A stretch of 56,591 nt of DNA from a virus (Duplodnaviria; Caudoviricetes): IMG/VR virus record IMGVR_UViG_3300027861_000038, positions 1 through 56,591 of that record; one strand, 5' to 3'. The translations under genes were made by a program, and so were the position numbers. Shown here piece after piece: positions 10,658-20,318 of this stretch (its first letter is position 1; each line of letters opens with the position of its first letter). Below the pieces are notes generated by a model. That model had not been told where the DNA came from. It searched no databases and worked only from the letters and a program-made list of their open reading frames with translations.

Positions 10658-10865
10658 ATCCTTCTAATTCTTTTATTCTGTACTCTTGAAGCGAAGATAG
10701 CTTTCCCTTGGGAGTCTTTATCTCGCTAAATAAAACATCTGTGTGTGGTGGTATAGCCAACAGGTCAGGTATACCATTCTTATTTGTAGTGGTTAGCTTT
10801 ATCACATAGTAACCCTCTGCTTCGAGCTGTTTAATTCTCTTGGTCTGAATTTTCTGCTCGCTCAT
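10626..10865 (-). CDS. VRR-NUC-type nuclease / Holliday junction resolvase
   Basis: SEQKIQ...GIPDLLA...FSEIKTPKGKLSSLQ is typical of VRR-NUC. Confidence 0.85.
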   Translation of the reverse strand: MSEQKIQTKRIKQLEAEGYYVIKLTTTNKNGIPDLLAIPPHTDVLFSEIKTPKGKLSSLQEYRIKELEGYGFRTEVYRG

Positions 10866-10866
10866 A

Positions 10867-12360
10867 TCACAAAGATAGTAAATCCTTTTTAAAATGGTTA
10901 ACAGTATAATCTTTTTTCTTGCTGACAGCTTTATATATATCTCTCTCTATGCCACCCTTGGCAAAGACCCAATACACATCTGACTCAAGTCTATCCTTGG
11001 TTGTCATCCTATCCCGGCTCTGCCAATAAGATGTAGCACTAAAGTCTATGTTATAGTAGACAAGAGCCTCAGCCTGTCGTAGTGAGATACCCTCACGACC
11101 TGACACTATCTGTAGTGCTATCGACTTGTCTGTGTCTTCAAAGACACTAAGCTCTGTGGTTAGGCTATCCTTTCCGTATACCTCCATCAATGCGTTCAAC
11201 TCTTCTTTAAACTTATAGAAGATACCAATCTTGGCATCAGCAAAGTTGTCGTGTATATACTTGGCTTTACTCAAGTCTATAATCTTAGAGTTGCCCGACT
11301 CAAACTTAACTGTGCCTGAGTATATCTGATGTAGTTTCATCATTAGCTTTACAGGAGTATCGCCAAGTATGGTCTCCTCTTTTCCCTCGACTACTAAGTT
11401 CTTCTTTAGCTTGCCTGCTATGCTGTGTGTTAGGTCTGACATCTCTACCTCAAGTACGTGCTCTCGTGTGTCTACCTTGAAGCCTGCCTCTTTTTGAGTG
11501 TATGCAATAGTGTATGGCTTCATCTTGTCCAATATAGTAGTCATACCATCCTTGTATTCGTTGATAAATAATCCGTTTATCTTTCTCTGCTTTACTATCA
11601 CATAGTCTTTAGCAAACTTATAGAACGATACATACTCCTTGAATGGGTTAGATGGTATGGCATATACTTGGTGGTACATCTGACTATAAGACTCAGGTGT
11701 TGGCGTACCTGATAGCAGTATCACGGATGCCTTGGTCTTCTTAATCATATCCCTTACTGCCCTTGCTCTTTTACTTGGCTTAGGGTATGCTCCCATACTA
11801 TGAGCCTCATCACAGATGATGACATCAAACTCAATTGAACTATCAACCTTGTGTAGTGACTCGTAGTTTATAACCACTAAGTTGTAGTCGGGTCTGAGTA
11901 GATTAAAATCATTCTCAATACTACTGATTGCCTTCTTCTTTGTTATGAACAGGACATTCTCACAGCCCATAAGCTGCGATATGCCCATACTTGTAAGTGT
12001 CTTACCTGTCCGCACCTCCATAGCTAAGTATAAGAAGCCGTGCTGCATAAGTATCTGTGTGCCTTTTGATATTATCTCCTCTTGATAATCTCTGAATTTA
12101 ATTTGTTTTGGTTTTTCCATTAGTTCTTTGTAGTGTGTTAGCGATGCCTTGGTCTTGGCATCTAATTCATTGCTTGACTCGTAGACTCTTGTCTTTACGA
12201 TGTGTGAAGCCCGACCTCGACCCACCTTCTTTTCTTTGGTTCTGAATATAATATTGTGGAATATCTCGCATTGTCTATGCATCATCTCGTCTGAAAATCC
12301 TGCTATCCTTTTAGTTATCCCACTCTTATATTCTCCCTTTAATATATGTGCCTCATCCAT
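10867..12360 (-). CDS. SF2 (SNF2-like) DNA helicase
   Basis: Q motif FRDYQ, Walker A EVRTGKT, DEAH box, SGTP motif III, GREGISL and QSRDR. Confidence 0.9.
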   Translation of the reverse strand: MDEAHILKGEYKSGITKRIAGFSDEMMHRQCEIFHNIIFRTKEKKVGRGRASHIVKTRVYESSNELDAKTKASLTHYKELMEKPKQIKFRDYQEEIISKGTQILMQHGFLYLAMEVRTGKTLTSMGISQLMGCENVLFITKKKAISSIENDFNLLRPDYNLVVINYESLHKVDSSIEFDVIICDEAHSMGAYPKPSKRARAVRDMIKKTKASVILLSGTPTPESYSQMYHQVYAIPSNPFKEYVSFYKFAKDYVIVKQRKINGLFINEYKDGMTTILDKMKPYTIAYTQKEAGFKVDTREHVLEVEMSDLTHSIAGKLKKNLVVEGKEETILGDTPVKLMMKLHQIYSGTVKFESGNSKIIDLSKAKYIHDNFADAKIGIFYKFKEELNALMEVYGKDSLTTELSVFEDTDKSIALQIVSGREGISLRQAEALVYYNIDFSATSYWQSRDRMTTKDRLESDVYWVFAKGGIERDIYKAVSKKKDYTVNHFKKDLLSL

Positions 12361-12366
12361 ATCTTA

Positions 12367-14787
12367 CTAAAGACTTATAGGGGTTACTCGTTTAATCATT
12401 ATCCACTTTCCTGTAGATGTCCTACCTGTTTCGGGTTGTATACCTGTAAGATGTGTTCCGTATGCGATAAGCCATCTATTAAACATAGTAGCACTAAGTG
12501 ATTGTTGGTCAGGGTAATCTCTCTTAAACTCTGCAAGTAGGTTGCTTGTCTCAATTCTTATACCTGTCTCTAATGAGTCCGCCTTTTCTGAGCCTTGTAC
12601 TAATCCACACCACTCAATGAAGTCGTGAGATGTCTCAGCAGATAGCTGACGAATCTTTAAGTTTATGAATCTGCTTTTTACTAATCCTGTTTTTAGGAAT
12701 CCTTGTAGGCAGGATATCATATAGTTATCAAATAGACACCACTCATCCTCATCCCACTCAGAAAAGAAATGTTTCCCAAACTCATCAAGTGGAGTGTAGT
12801 TCTTATTGTATGCAGAGTGTAGTTCTACCTCCCACTTACGTCTTGCAAATGAGTTACCTGTACCCTTGATTGCGTAGTTAGTTGTTATCCCAATCTTAGG
12901 AGAACGTGAGAATGGTATCTTGATTGCATCCTTATTCTTCTTCTCCAATGTCATACCCTCGGTTACTACACTAAACAATCTTTCAAAATCAAAGTTCTTC
13001 TTGACATCATCAAAGCATAGTATCTGTGTATCTGCTGATACTAATTGGTATGGGAATGATTTCTCAAATGCAAACTGCTTTCCATCAATCACTACGACCT
13101 TCTTCATCTGAGATAGTGCGTTCATAAACAATCCCTTACCTGTACCTCCTTCGGGGTTATCTGATATAACCTCATCATTAAGTATAACAGCAGGGCAGTA
13201 GCTAAGATTCTTATGTCCGTGCATCATAAACCCTATCGTGGACTCCATAGTATTCAGCCTGTCGTTATCGTCATTACATATGCGAGATATGAATACCTTG
13301 TAGTCTGAACCCTCAGCATCACACATCGTAAACTTCCTATCTATTACGTGGTCTTTCCAAACGTATCCACCCAAGTCAAGGTAGTCAATATGCTCTACAC
13401 CATCATTCGTAATCTTTACTGCACAATTATTGTAATATAAAAACGAGGTATCCTTAGAGTCCTCAATGAAGTAAATATCTATGGTTGATAGTAGGGTAAG
13501 GAACTCCTCTCTAAAGTACCTTACAGAGTCTGCAAAGTGGTTGTATACCGAAAGGTCATCTAACTCTATGAGGTAGTTTAAAATAAAATCCTTAATCTCT
13601 TTCTCTGATGTGTGGTCAATTAGATTGTTTGTAACCTTTACAAACACATAGTTCTTGCTGCCTTCGGGGCAGTATTTGTAGAAGCCATTGTCCTCAAGGA
13701 ATTTCTTAAAGCTAAAGTGTACTAATTTTATAACACCCTTCTCGTTCTTTTCCCAAAAGGTTTGCTGTGCATTCTCCTTTTCAATTCTATTTATTACAGA
13801 TTCAATATTATCGCCATCAATCCCTGCGTCATCTAACTGAAGGCGAATCTCCTTTTTTGATACACCTCTCATCATCTTAGACTTGATTGCATTTACCTTG
13901 TCCTCGTCCTCATAATACTTCGTTCCAAAGTTTTCAGTTTTTGAATAGGCAGAGTCTATCGTTCTCTGAATCTCTGCATCAGAGAAGTCATTAGCTGCAT
14001 CCTCGAATTGGTTTAGTACATATGCCGCAAGTGATTTGTTTATACCATAGTCATTGAACGCAGCAGCAAGTACATATGCGTGTTGGTTTCTCTGTCCATC
14101 TGACATAGGGAACTTCTTTGTCCACCACTTTACTAATATATCAACCACCTTGTTCTCATCTGTGATTGGTATCGTTGGTGTATCTCTGTGCTTTATAACC
14201 TCATTATACTCAGGCTCTGCTATCGTATCCCATAGAGATGACTTTTCGTTGATGTGAATCAATGGGTCATAAGACTCGTAGCATACACGAGATATATTCT
14301 TTGATGTCTTGTCAAAGTATTTACTATCAAAGTATTTCTCAAGTGAGTTGAAATAGTTTACGTGATTGTTTATATCCGTAGGTATCTTTATCAAAGCCTT
14401 TAGACCATTACCCGATGGAGATATGAATACTGAGTATACATATTGGTCTTTGCTTAATCTCTCTTTGTGTTCGAGAAGTATTTTCTTTTTCTCGTATCCA
14501 TCAAAGTCAAGGCAGATGATTCCGCTATGCTCTTCGATAGATGCATCCTGTCTCTTTTGGAAGATACCACTAAAGCATATAGCAGGAAGCCTTCTCTTTA
14601 GGTCGTTCCTCTCTATCTTATCCTTGGTCTGTCTTATTTCTTTTACGAGTTTCTTGGTGGCTCCGTTCTTAATTCTTAGTAATACCACCTCTAACTCCCT
14701 GTGGAAAGGGGCTTCAGTCTCTTTAATGTTCTTAAATATTGTTACTCTTGGCTGCATTTGTGCTTGTTTCTTATTATCTGTGTTCAT
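12367..14787 (-). CDS. Primase-helicase: BT4734/VirE-N-like primase domain, PriCT-like region and SF3-type P-loop
   Basis: LPAICFSG...HSGIICLDFD, FISPSGNGLK, DKTSKNISRVCYESYD, GQRN, Walker A EGGTGKG, Walker B CFDD and ITTN. Confidence 0.85.
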   Translation of the reverse strand: MNTDNKKQAQMQPRVTIFKNIKETEAPFHRELEVVLLRIKNGATKKLVKEIRQTKDKIERNDLKRRLPAICFSGIFQKRQDASIEEHSGIICLDFDGYEKKKILLEHKERLSKDQYVYSVFISPSGNGLKALIKIPTDINNHVNYFNSLEKYFDSKYFDKTSKNISRVCYESYDPLIHINEKSSLWDTIAEPEYNEVIKHRDTPTIPITDENKVVDILVKWWTKKFPMSDGQRNQHAYVLAAAFNDYGINKSLAAYVLNQFEDAANDFSDAEIQRTIDSAYSKTENFGTKYYEDEDKVNAIKSKMMRGVSKKEIRLQLDDAGIDGDNIESVINRIEKENAQQTFWEKNEKGVIKLVHFSFKKFLEDNGFYKYCPEGSKNYVFVKVTNNLIDHTSEKEIKDFILNYLIELDDLSVYNHFADSVRYFREEFLTLLSTIDIYFIEDSKDTSFLYYNNCAVKITNDGVEHIDYLDLGGYVWKDHVIDRKFTMCDAEGSDYKVFISRICNDDNDRLNTMESTIGFMMHGHKNLSYCPAVILNDEVISDNPEGGTGKGLFMNALSQMKKVVVIDGKQFAFEKSFPYQLVSADTQILCFDDVKKNFDFERLFSVVTEGMTLEKKNKDAIKIPFSRSPKIGITTNYAIKGTGNSFARRKWEVELHSAYNKNYTPLDEFGKHFFSEWDEDEWCLFDNYMISCLQGFLKTGLVKSRFINLKIRQLSAETSHDFIEWCGLVQGSEKADSLETGIRIETSNLLAEFKRDYPDQQSLSATMFNRWLIAYGTHLTGIQPETGRTSTGKWIMIKRVTPISL

Positions 14788-14819
14788 TTTGTGCTTGATT
14801 TGTGTTAATTTTATTTGTA

Positions 14820-14937
14820 TAAGTTATTGTATATCAGTTGCTGTGTTTATAATGCTTATTTTTTTTCATTTTCTCTAAGGGAAAATATATATATATATAA
14901 GTAGTAGTAGTAGTAGTAGGGAGTCTTGAATTTTACA
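14820..14937. repeat. Copy 1 of ~120 bp non-coding element (candidate origin), contains (GTA)6
   Basis: 37/45 identity with 27446-27490. Both copies also share AAAATATATAT, a trinucleotide tract, TAGGG and GAATTTTACA. Confidence 0.75.
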
Positions 14938-14950
14938 CTCATTTGGAGGT

Positions 14951-14979
14951 AAAAAAAGGGAGATGTGTAATCTCCCTTT
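14951..14979 (-). terminator. Intrinsic terminator after putative SSB
   Basis: AAAGGGAGAT-gtgta-ATCTCCCTTT with an A7 run on +, which is a U-tail on the minus strand. Confidence 0.75.
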
Positions 14980-15005
14980 AACAAAAAATATGAAATTAAA
15001 AAAAC

Positions 15006-15287
15006 CTAAAAAGGCAAGCTATCATCCGCCTTCGCTGTAGTAGCTGTGGCTTGAGTAGCTGCCTCTTCGGTCTTGGCAGGTGCTTCCCACGTATCAAGTT
15101 CGCAATAGTAGTTTCCTCCCTTTGCTATCTTGATGTCGAGGTTTACCCAACCATTCTTTTGGTGTGTTTGTAGGAATGCAATTGCTGCATCTACTTTAAT
15201 TGACTGTCGTCCTACGACAAATTCGGGGGCGTTCTCTTTTCTCTTGAATGAGAAGCCGTCTGCAAATACTTTTTCTTTTTGTGACAT
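15006..15287 (-). CDS. Putative single-stranded DNA-binding protein
   Basis: Small beta-rich protein with an acidic DDSLPF C-terminal tip, adjacent to the recombination genes. Confidence 0.6.
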   Translation of the reverse strand: MSQKEKVFADGFSFKRKENAPEFVVGRQSIKVDAAIAFLQTHQKNGWVNLDIKIAKGGNYYCELDTWEAPAKTEEAATQATATTAKADDSLPF

Positions 15288-15308
15288 AATATTTATTTTA
15301 ATTTTACT

Positions 15309-16037
15309 TTATAGTTCTTCTGTTATGAAGTATTCATTTATATCCTCCTTTGGATTCTCACCAAAGAACTTATGATATACTGATACTGCTCTCTTTACTT
15401 TCTCTTCGCCTCTTGCTACAAACTCCTCTGATGGATGGTATATACCAAGCTGCTTTGTTGTCTTGTCTACCACATAGAATACTAATGGCTTACCAAATAG
15501 CTTCTGATATATGTAGCATTGACTATCGTAGTTATACTTACGTGCTGACCACTTGAACTGAGTGATATCTCCCGTGGTCTTTAGGTCAATCAGCTTATCG
15601 TTACATACGATGTCAGCCTTACCCTTCCATTGGAGTCCATCAATAGTTGTGATGGCAGGAACCTCATACTCTACACCCTCAGACCTTACTCCCTCAAAGA
15701 ATGATAGGTTACCCATCATTGCATTGACGCAGTCTCGAATCTCTTGTCCCTCTTTCTCAAGCATAATGATACCACCTGCATTGGCATTAACCTGCTCCTT
15801 GTATGCCTTTGTATTCCTACTTGACACATCAATGAAGTTGGTCTCTGCTGCCTTCTCAGGCTCAAGTATTAGCTGATGAAAGTATCTGCCCTTGTGATAG
15901 TTTACATTATCATTCTGTGGCTTTCTGAAGTTTGTTGGGTCATTCAGTAGTGTGCCTATGTCTGAGTTAGACAGGTACTGCTTCCCAAACGAGCCGTAAT
16001 ACTGCTCGTCATCCCTAAGCAATTCTAATACGTCCAT
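15309..16037 (-). CDS. RecE/ExoVIII-like PD-(D/E)XK exonuclease (DUF3799-like)
   Basis: LSNSDI...G..FH..ILEP, WKGKADIV, IDLKTT and YNYDSQCYIY. Confidence 0.8.
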   Translation of the reverse strand: MDVLELLRDDEQYYGSFGKQYLSNSDIGTLLNDPTNFRKPQNDNVNYHKGRYFHQLILEPEKAAETNFIDVSSRNTKAYKEQVNANAGGIIMLEKEGQEIRDCVNAMMGNLSFFEGVRSEGVEYEVPAITTIDGLQWKGKADIVCNDKLIDLKTTGDITQFKWSARKYNYDSQCYIYQKLFGKPLVFYVVDKTTKQLGIYHPSEEFVARGEEKVKRAVSVYHKFFGENPKEDINEYFITEEL

Positions 16038-16038
16038 A

Positions 16039-16680
16039 CTACTTAGTTATCTTTTTAATCTCAGCGAGTGCATTGTCGCTAAGTGTGTATGATGAACTTA
16101 TCTTTTTAACTACTGCATTGTATCCGATAGCCTTGTTCTCTTTACAGAAATTTACCAATGCCTCCCACTTAGGGGAGTCAGTATCCACTACCTCTGACTT
16201 ACTTGGTGTAGGCTTGATTGGCTCTTGTGCTATCGTATCTTGTGGCAAGTCATCGCCTGAGTATAGGTATATACCTAAGCCGAACATCGCAAGGTTCTTA
16301 ACCAAGCATCTCATAATCGTCTTATTGATATCAAATGCCGTGGCAGCAGCAACCTGCTTCTCTCCATATCGTGTAGTGTAAGAGTATGCAACCTTCTTCA
16401 TCGCTTGATTTTTGCTATCCATTACAGGTAGCCACATCGTTAGCGTCTCTCCATCTATTGTTACAGATGTGTAGCACATAATACCTAAGTCATTGTCCAC
16501 TAACATCTCGCCTATCTCATAGGTGGCATCGGGGCAGTTACTCTTTGTAAGACTCCACGCATTTGCCCAAGACAGATACGTTAGGTTACTCTTCTTCTCA
16601 ACGTATTTGTTGACGTTGATGGCAGATAACTTCTCAAAAGTAGTCTGCTTTTTTGTTGTTGTTTTTTTAGTTGTTGTCAT
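16039..16680 (-). CDS. Sak-like single-strand annealing protein (DUF1071)
   Basis: FEKLSAINVNKYVEKKSNLTYLSWANAW, MWLPVMD, DINKTIMRCLVKNLAMFGLGIYLY. Confidence 0.85.
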   Translation of the reverse strand: MTTTKKTTTKKQTTFEKLSAINVNKYVEKKSNLTYLSWANAWSLTKSNCPDATYEIGEMLVDNDLGIMCYTSVTIDGETLTMWLPVMDSKNQAMKKVAYSYTTRYGEKQVAAATAFDINKTIMRCLVKNLAMFGLGIYLYSGDDLPQDTIAQEPIKPTPSKSEVVDTDSPKWEALVNFCKENKAIGYNAVVKKISSSYTLSDNALAEIKKITK

Positions 16681-17080
16681 TTTTAATTTTATTTAATTTG
16701 TTATTTATTTCTGTGTACTTTTTTAATACCTCATCTCGTCTGTCCTTGAGCATCTGAACAAGTTTTTTACTTCCTCTCCTGCTCATCGCATCCTTTATTT
16801 TATTCTCAATAGAGTCAAGCTTTAGACAATAGTTAGACAAAGCTACAACAAAAACTCCATACCTCCAACCATTATCTAAAAATATTTTTACTTGGTCTTC
16901 AGTTAGTTCTGCGTAGTAACCCTCGCTGAATTGTGCGTGCAGTATCTCCACATCTGATGTGATGTTGTCTCTTATAATCTTTACTCCGTATAGCGTATTG
17001 GATATGTATCCAACACCATTTAGTCGGGCTGCGTATCGGTCTTTATTAGACTGATTGAATACTTCTTCCAAGCTATACAT
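16667..17080 (-). CDS. Hypothetical protein
   Basis: 137 aa ORF in operon. Confidence 0.7.
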   Translation of the reverse strand: MYSLEEVFNQSNKDRYAARLNGVGYISNTLYGVKIIRDNITSDVEILHAQFSEGYYAELTEDQVKIFLDNGWRYGVFVVALSNYCLKLDSIENKIKDAMSRRGSKKLVQMLKDRRDEVLKKYTEINNKLNKIKNDNN

Positions 17081-17082
17081 AT

Positions 17083-17370
17083 CTACTTTAATCTATTTAC
17101 AATAGTCTTCCAATCTCTATCAGACTCTACCTTTTCGGTAACCTTTTTAACTCCGTATATTATAGGAGAGTGGGCTATGGTATATCCGTTGTCCTTCATA
17201 TACTCTTGTATCTGTATCCATTGCATATTCCTATGCTTGCATAGGTAATACAATAGGTGTCTTGCATCTGCGATTGTGTTCGCCTTATTCTTTTTGAATA
17301 GTTGTGATGGCTCTATGTTGAATACCTTGCAGGTCTTCTCTACATACTGATTGAATATCTCTCGTTTCAT
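17083..17370 (-). CDS. Second DnaA C-terminal-like HTH protein
   Basis: Start moved to MKREIFNQ, which overlaps the upstream stop as ATGA. Motif IADARHLLYYLC...HSPIIYGVKKV. Confidence 0.65.
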   Translation of the reverse strand: MKREIFNQYVEKTCKVFNIEPSQLFKKNKANTIADARHLLYYLCKHRNMQWIQIQEYMKDNGYTIAHSPIIYGVKKVTEKVESDRDWKTIVNRLK

Positions 17371-17591
17371 TTTCTTCTCTCCTCGTAGTCCTTTACTATA
17401 GTGCTGATTGATGATAGGATAGTATTCAATGCCTTGTCCTTGTTGAACGTGATTGATACTACCTCTGTCTCTTGGTAGCTTAGTCTCTCTCTGTTGTTGC
17501 GTCTCCACTCCTCGTATCTGTAGTCATCATCTGTGTACAGATGCATCGTCTCTTCTTGCATTTGATTAAATAATTCTTTTGATTTTCCCAT
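17367..17591 (-). CDS. Hypothetical protein
   Basis: 74 aa, translationally coupled to the next gene. Confidence 0.65.
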   Translation of the reverse strand: MGKSKELFNQMQEETMHLYTDDDYRYEEWRRNNRERLSYQETEVVSITFNKDKALNTILSSISTIVKDYEERRK

Positions 17592-17595
17592 AATT

Positions 17596-17877
17596 TTATT
17601 TCTTTGATTTTAATTTTAATTTTTCTAACTGAACTCTGTATAGCATTAGGTATCCTATCAAGTCGAGAATCGTGTCCTCTGTATTGTCGTTCACACCCAC
17701 CTGCTTTATCCTACTTAGCTTGTCATCTATCCGTGCGAGGATTGCCTCTATCGGAGATAGCTTTGAGAATATTTGTGGTGGCTGATTAGCCGTGTCTCCA
17801 TACGCCTTGTTCTTTTCGATTAGTAGCATCACTACCTCTCGTCCTACTTCTTTGATTAATTCTTCTGTTGATTTCAT
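17596..17877 (-). CDS. Nucleotide-modification-associated domain protein (DUF1599/Nmad1-like)
   Basis: LIEKNKAYGD...ILARIDDKLSRI...EDTILDLIGY. Confidence 0.75.
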   Translation of the reverse strand: MKSTEELIKEVGREVVMLLIEKNKAYGDTANQPPQIFSKLSPIEAILARIDDKLSRIKQVGVNDNTEDTILDLIGYLMLYRVQLEKLKLKSKK

Positions 17878-18179
17878 TACTTCTTCATTTCTATTGCTGT
17901 CTTGTATGCTGCCTCAAAGCTATCGAACTCTTGAATAAGAAACTTTTCGGGTACGATTAGTCTTTTGTGTGACTTGATTAGTTCTTCTATTTCTAAGTAG
18001 CTTTTAGTTACAAACAAAAAGTAGTCTGCATCGTGTGCTATAAATAAATAAACCTTGTCACTTGATGTGTCGTTAGCAAAACATAATCTGTCAACCTCTT
18101 CAGCTAACTCTTTTCTTTGGATGTCTATCTTCTTAACATCCTCTCCTTTTGCGTAGTGCAATACTATTTTATTTTCCAT
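17877..18179 (-). CDS. Hypothetical protein
   Basis: 100 aa, preceded by a TAnnTTTG promoter core (18185-18192, minus). Confidence 0.65.
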   Translation of the reverse strand: MENKIVLHYAKGEDVKKIDIQRKELAEEVDRLCFANDTSSDKVYLFIAHDADYFLFVTKSYLEIEELIKSHKRLIVPEKFLIQEFDSFEAAYKTAIEMKK

Positions 18180-18237
18180 TGGTACAAATTTAGTTTAAAC
18201 ATTTTACAATTCCTAATTTATTTTCTTGTGTATATAT

Positions 18238-18684
18238 CTATATACGTTTAATCAAATCATAAACTGATTTCCAATCTTCATCCGTTGCTATTGACTTGGT
18301 TTTATATAATTGTCTTAAAGAATTTAAAGCCTCATTCACTCTTGATTTCTTTGTGCTTCTCGATATCTTTATATCTTTAGGTATCCTATCGGTTAGTCCC
18401 CATATATAACAATTATTATTGCTAACAATATCTTTCTTCTCTCCCACCTCTATGATTACCCCATATTTTTTCAATTCTGATAGCCTTGCGTTAAAAGAAG
18501 AAGGGTTTGTGTGTGGATAGTGAGTCTTTGATGTCCTTACTATTTCGTTTGCAGTCATATCTCCGTGTCTAAATAGAATTTCGTAAACTTCCATTCTTCT
18601 TTTAGATAACAAGCCGTTTTCTTTTATTGCATTGTAGCAATCGATTGATGTCTGTCTTCTATTCATATGCTTTCTTGTGTACAT
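18238..18684 (-). CDS. Winged-helix DNA-binding protein
   Basis: VYEILFRHGDMTANEI...SFNARLSELKKYGVI. Confidence 0.65.
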   Translation of the reverse strand: MYTRKHMNRRQTSIDCYNAIKENGLLSKRRMEVYEILFRHGDMTANEIVRTSKTHYPHTNPSSFNARLSELKKYGVIIEVGEKKDIVSNNNCYIWGLTDRIPKDIKISRSTKKSRVNEALNSLRQLYKTKSIATDEDWKSVYDLIKRI

Positions 18685-19036
18685 ATCTTTCGATGGTCTC
18701 TAAGTTCTTTGAACGCTTGCCAAATCCCTTGCCCGATGGTCGGTATAGATAGTACCCATTGCTAAGTATCTCTATGTAATACTTGTCTTGGTATACGATG
18801 ACATCAACTGCCTTGTCGTGTAGCTTTGATACATCGTAGAATGATGTGTCATCTATTGGCTCTATGTGTGAGCCAACCACAAAGTTAGCGAAGCTATTTT
18901 CTGCCATCGCTACCTGCAATGTATCTGCTAACTGCTTGTCAGCCATCTGCTGAAGAGTCCGTATCTCCTCAGCACTTCCACCCTTCATCTTTAGGGTAAG
19001 TATCTTTCGCCACAAGGCATCCATCTTACTTTTCAT
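18659..19036 (-). CDS. Hypothetical protein
   Basis: 125 aa ORF in operon. Confidence 0.6.
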   Translation of the reverse strand: MKSKMDALWRKILTLKMKGGSAEEIRTLQQMADKQLADTLQVAMAENSFANFVVGSHIEPIDDTSFYDVSKLHDKAVDVIVYQDKYYIEILSNGYYLYRPSGKGFGKRSKNLETIERYVHKKAYE

Positions 19037-19057
19037 CCGTCAATAATAATACTTTAT

Positions 19058-19363
19058 TTATACATTTGCAATGCTCGATGTGAACTTTATGTCATTTATC
19101 TTGGCATACCAATACCCATCCTTGAGTATCTTGTCTGCATTATGAAACCATTCATCCTGCTTATGGTATCCTATCTCTATACATACTCTTGAATGCTTTA
19201 GTGCCTCTGTTACCTCATCAACGCTTTCAAGTTGAAAGTCGTGTTCCTCATCGGTTAACTCATACAAGTCAAACGCTTGCCATAGTTCTTTGATGGCTGA
19301 TTGTGTCTTTAACTTATCGGTTATATCCAACCACATAAAGTTATCTTTAGTTTTTATTATCAT
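19058..19363 (-). CDS. Hypothetical protein
   Basis: Start probably MIIKTK, overlapping the upstream stop as ATGA. Confidence 0.6.
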   Translation of the reverse strand: MIIKTKDNFMWLDITDKLKTQSAIKELWQAFDLYELTDEEHDFQLESVDEVTEALKHSRVCIEIGYHKQDEWFHNADKILKDGYWYAKINDIKFTSSIANV

Positions 19364-19842
19364 AATTTTTCCTTTACTTTTTTCCAATATTTTTTTGTTG
19401 ACCTTTTCTTATCTCCTCTATGTCCACCATTCCATTTACGTGCTACTATCTCATAGAACTCTAACCTCGTTAACCCATCGCAGCACTCAACCTCCTCTGC
19501 CATTATCTCAAACATCTCTAATGATTTAACCCTGCTCCACCTATCGTTCAAGGTGTATCGCATCTGTATGTCATTAAGCTTTAGGATTCTGTTAACCTCA
19601 CGCACCATTATAGGACGTATCTGTAGGCATCCTACGGCATCTTCCTTACGGCAGTACGCATTGTCATTACCTCTGCTCTCCACTTGGATGACTGCTGCCA
19701 CAAAGCTATCCCATACCACCACCTCTTCTTCTATTGGCTCAGTCTGTACTTTTATCTGTGTCTTTGAAGGCACATCCACTCTGATGGATGATAGTAGCAG
19801 TATGACAAATATTGCTATCACTATTGTTGTTACTCTTTTCAT
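19360..19842 (-). CDS. N-terminally anchored lysozyme-fold (SLT/destabilase-like) muramidase
   Basis: Signal-anchor N-terminus, then AVIQVESRG, AVGCLQI, ARKWNGG and YWKKV. Confidence 0.8.
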   Translation of the reverse strand: MKRVTTIVIAIFVILLLSSIRVDVPSKTQIKVQTEPIEEEVVVWDSFVAAVIQVESRGNDNAYCRKEDAVGCLQIRPIMVREVNRILKLNDIQMRYTLNDRWSRVKSLEMFEIMAEEVECCDGLTRLEFYEIVARKWNGGHRGDKKRSTKKYWKKVKEKL

Positions 19843-20024
19843 ATACTATTTGCGATAAATATTGTGAATGATACACCTATCATAAATGACATAGTCATCA
19901 CGTATGGTGTAGTTATAGTTAACTCTCCGAATCCAATCGGCAAGAGTAGAGATAGTGCCAATACATATGTTACCATACCGAACGCTATCCTATTCTGCTT
20001 TCTTATTTTTTTCTGTCCTCTCAT
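19839..20024 (-). CDS. Small two-TM membrane protein
   Basis: Basic N-terminus and two hydrophobic helices. Confidence 0.6.
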   Translation of the reverse strand: MRGQKKIRKQNRIAFGMVTYVLALSLLLPIGFGELTITTPYVMTMSFMIGVSFTIFIANSI

Positions 20025-20308
20025 CGTGCCGATTGTACCTTTCTTACTTTAGCTTGCTCAAGCATTTTCTTTAACTCTCTAATCTCACTACTGCTATACC
20101 TCGCAGCCTTGCCTTTCTCTTTGTACTCAGCTATCTGTGGTCTTAGCTTAATATTGAATGTACTTCTGCTGCATCCAAGGTACTCGTAGCACCTCTTGAT
20201 ACTCCATCGTTCATCTAAACTCTCTGTCTCTGCCTCAGCAAGAAACTTAATAAGGAGATTCTTTAACTCCTCTACATCTTTCTCAATTTTATTTAATTTA
20301 TTTTCCAT
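20021..20308 (-). CDS. HTH_17/excisionase-like DNA-binding protein
   Basis: WSIKRCYEYLGCSRSTF...ARYSSSEI. Likely start MENKLNK. Confidence 0.65.
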   Translation of the reverse strand: MENKLNKIEKDVEELKNLLIKFLAEAETESLDERWSIKRCYEYLGCSRSTFNIKLRPQIAEYKEKGKAARYSSSEIRELKKMLEQAKVRKVQSAR

Positions 20309-20318
20309 AATTTTATTT

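Noticed and set aside
20021-20308. Prophage or lysogeny module suggested by the excisionase-like HTH
   Set aside because: No integrase, CI-like repressor, att site or flanking host genes.
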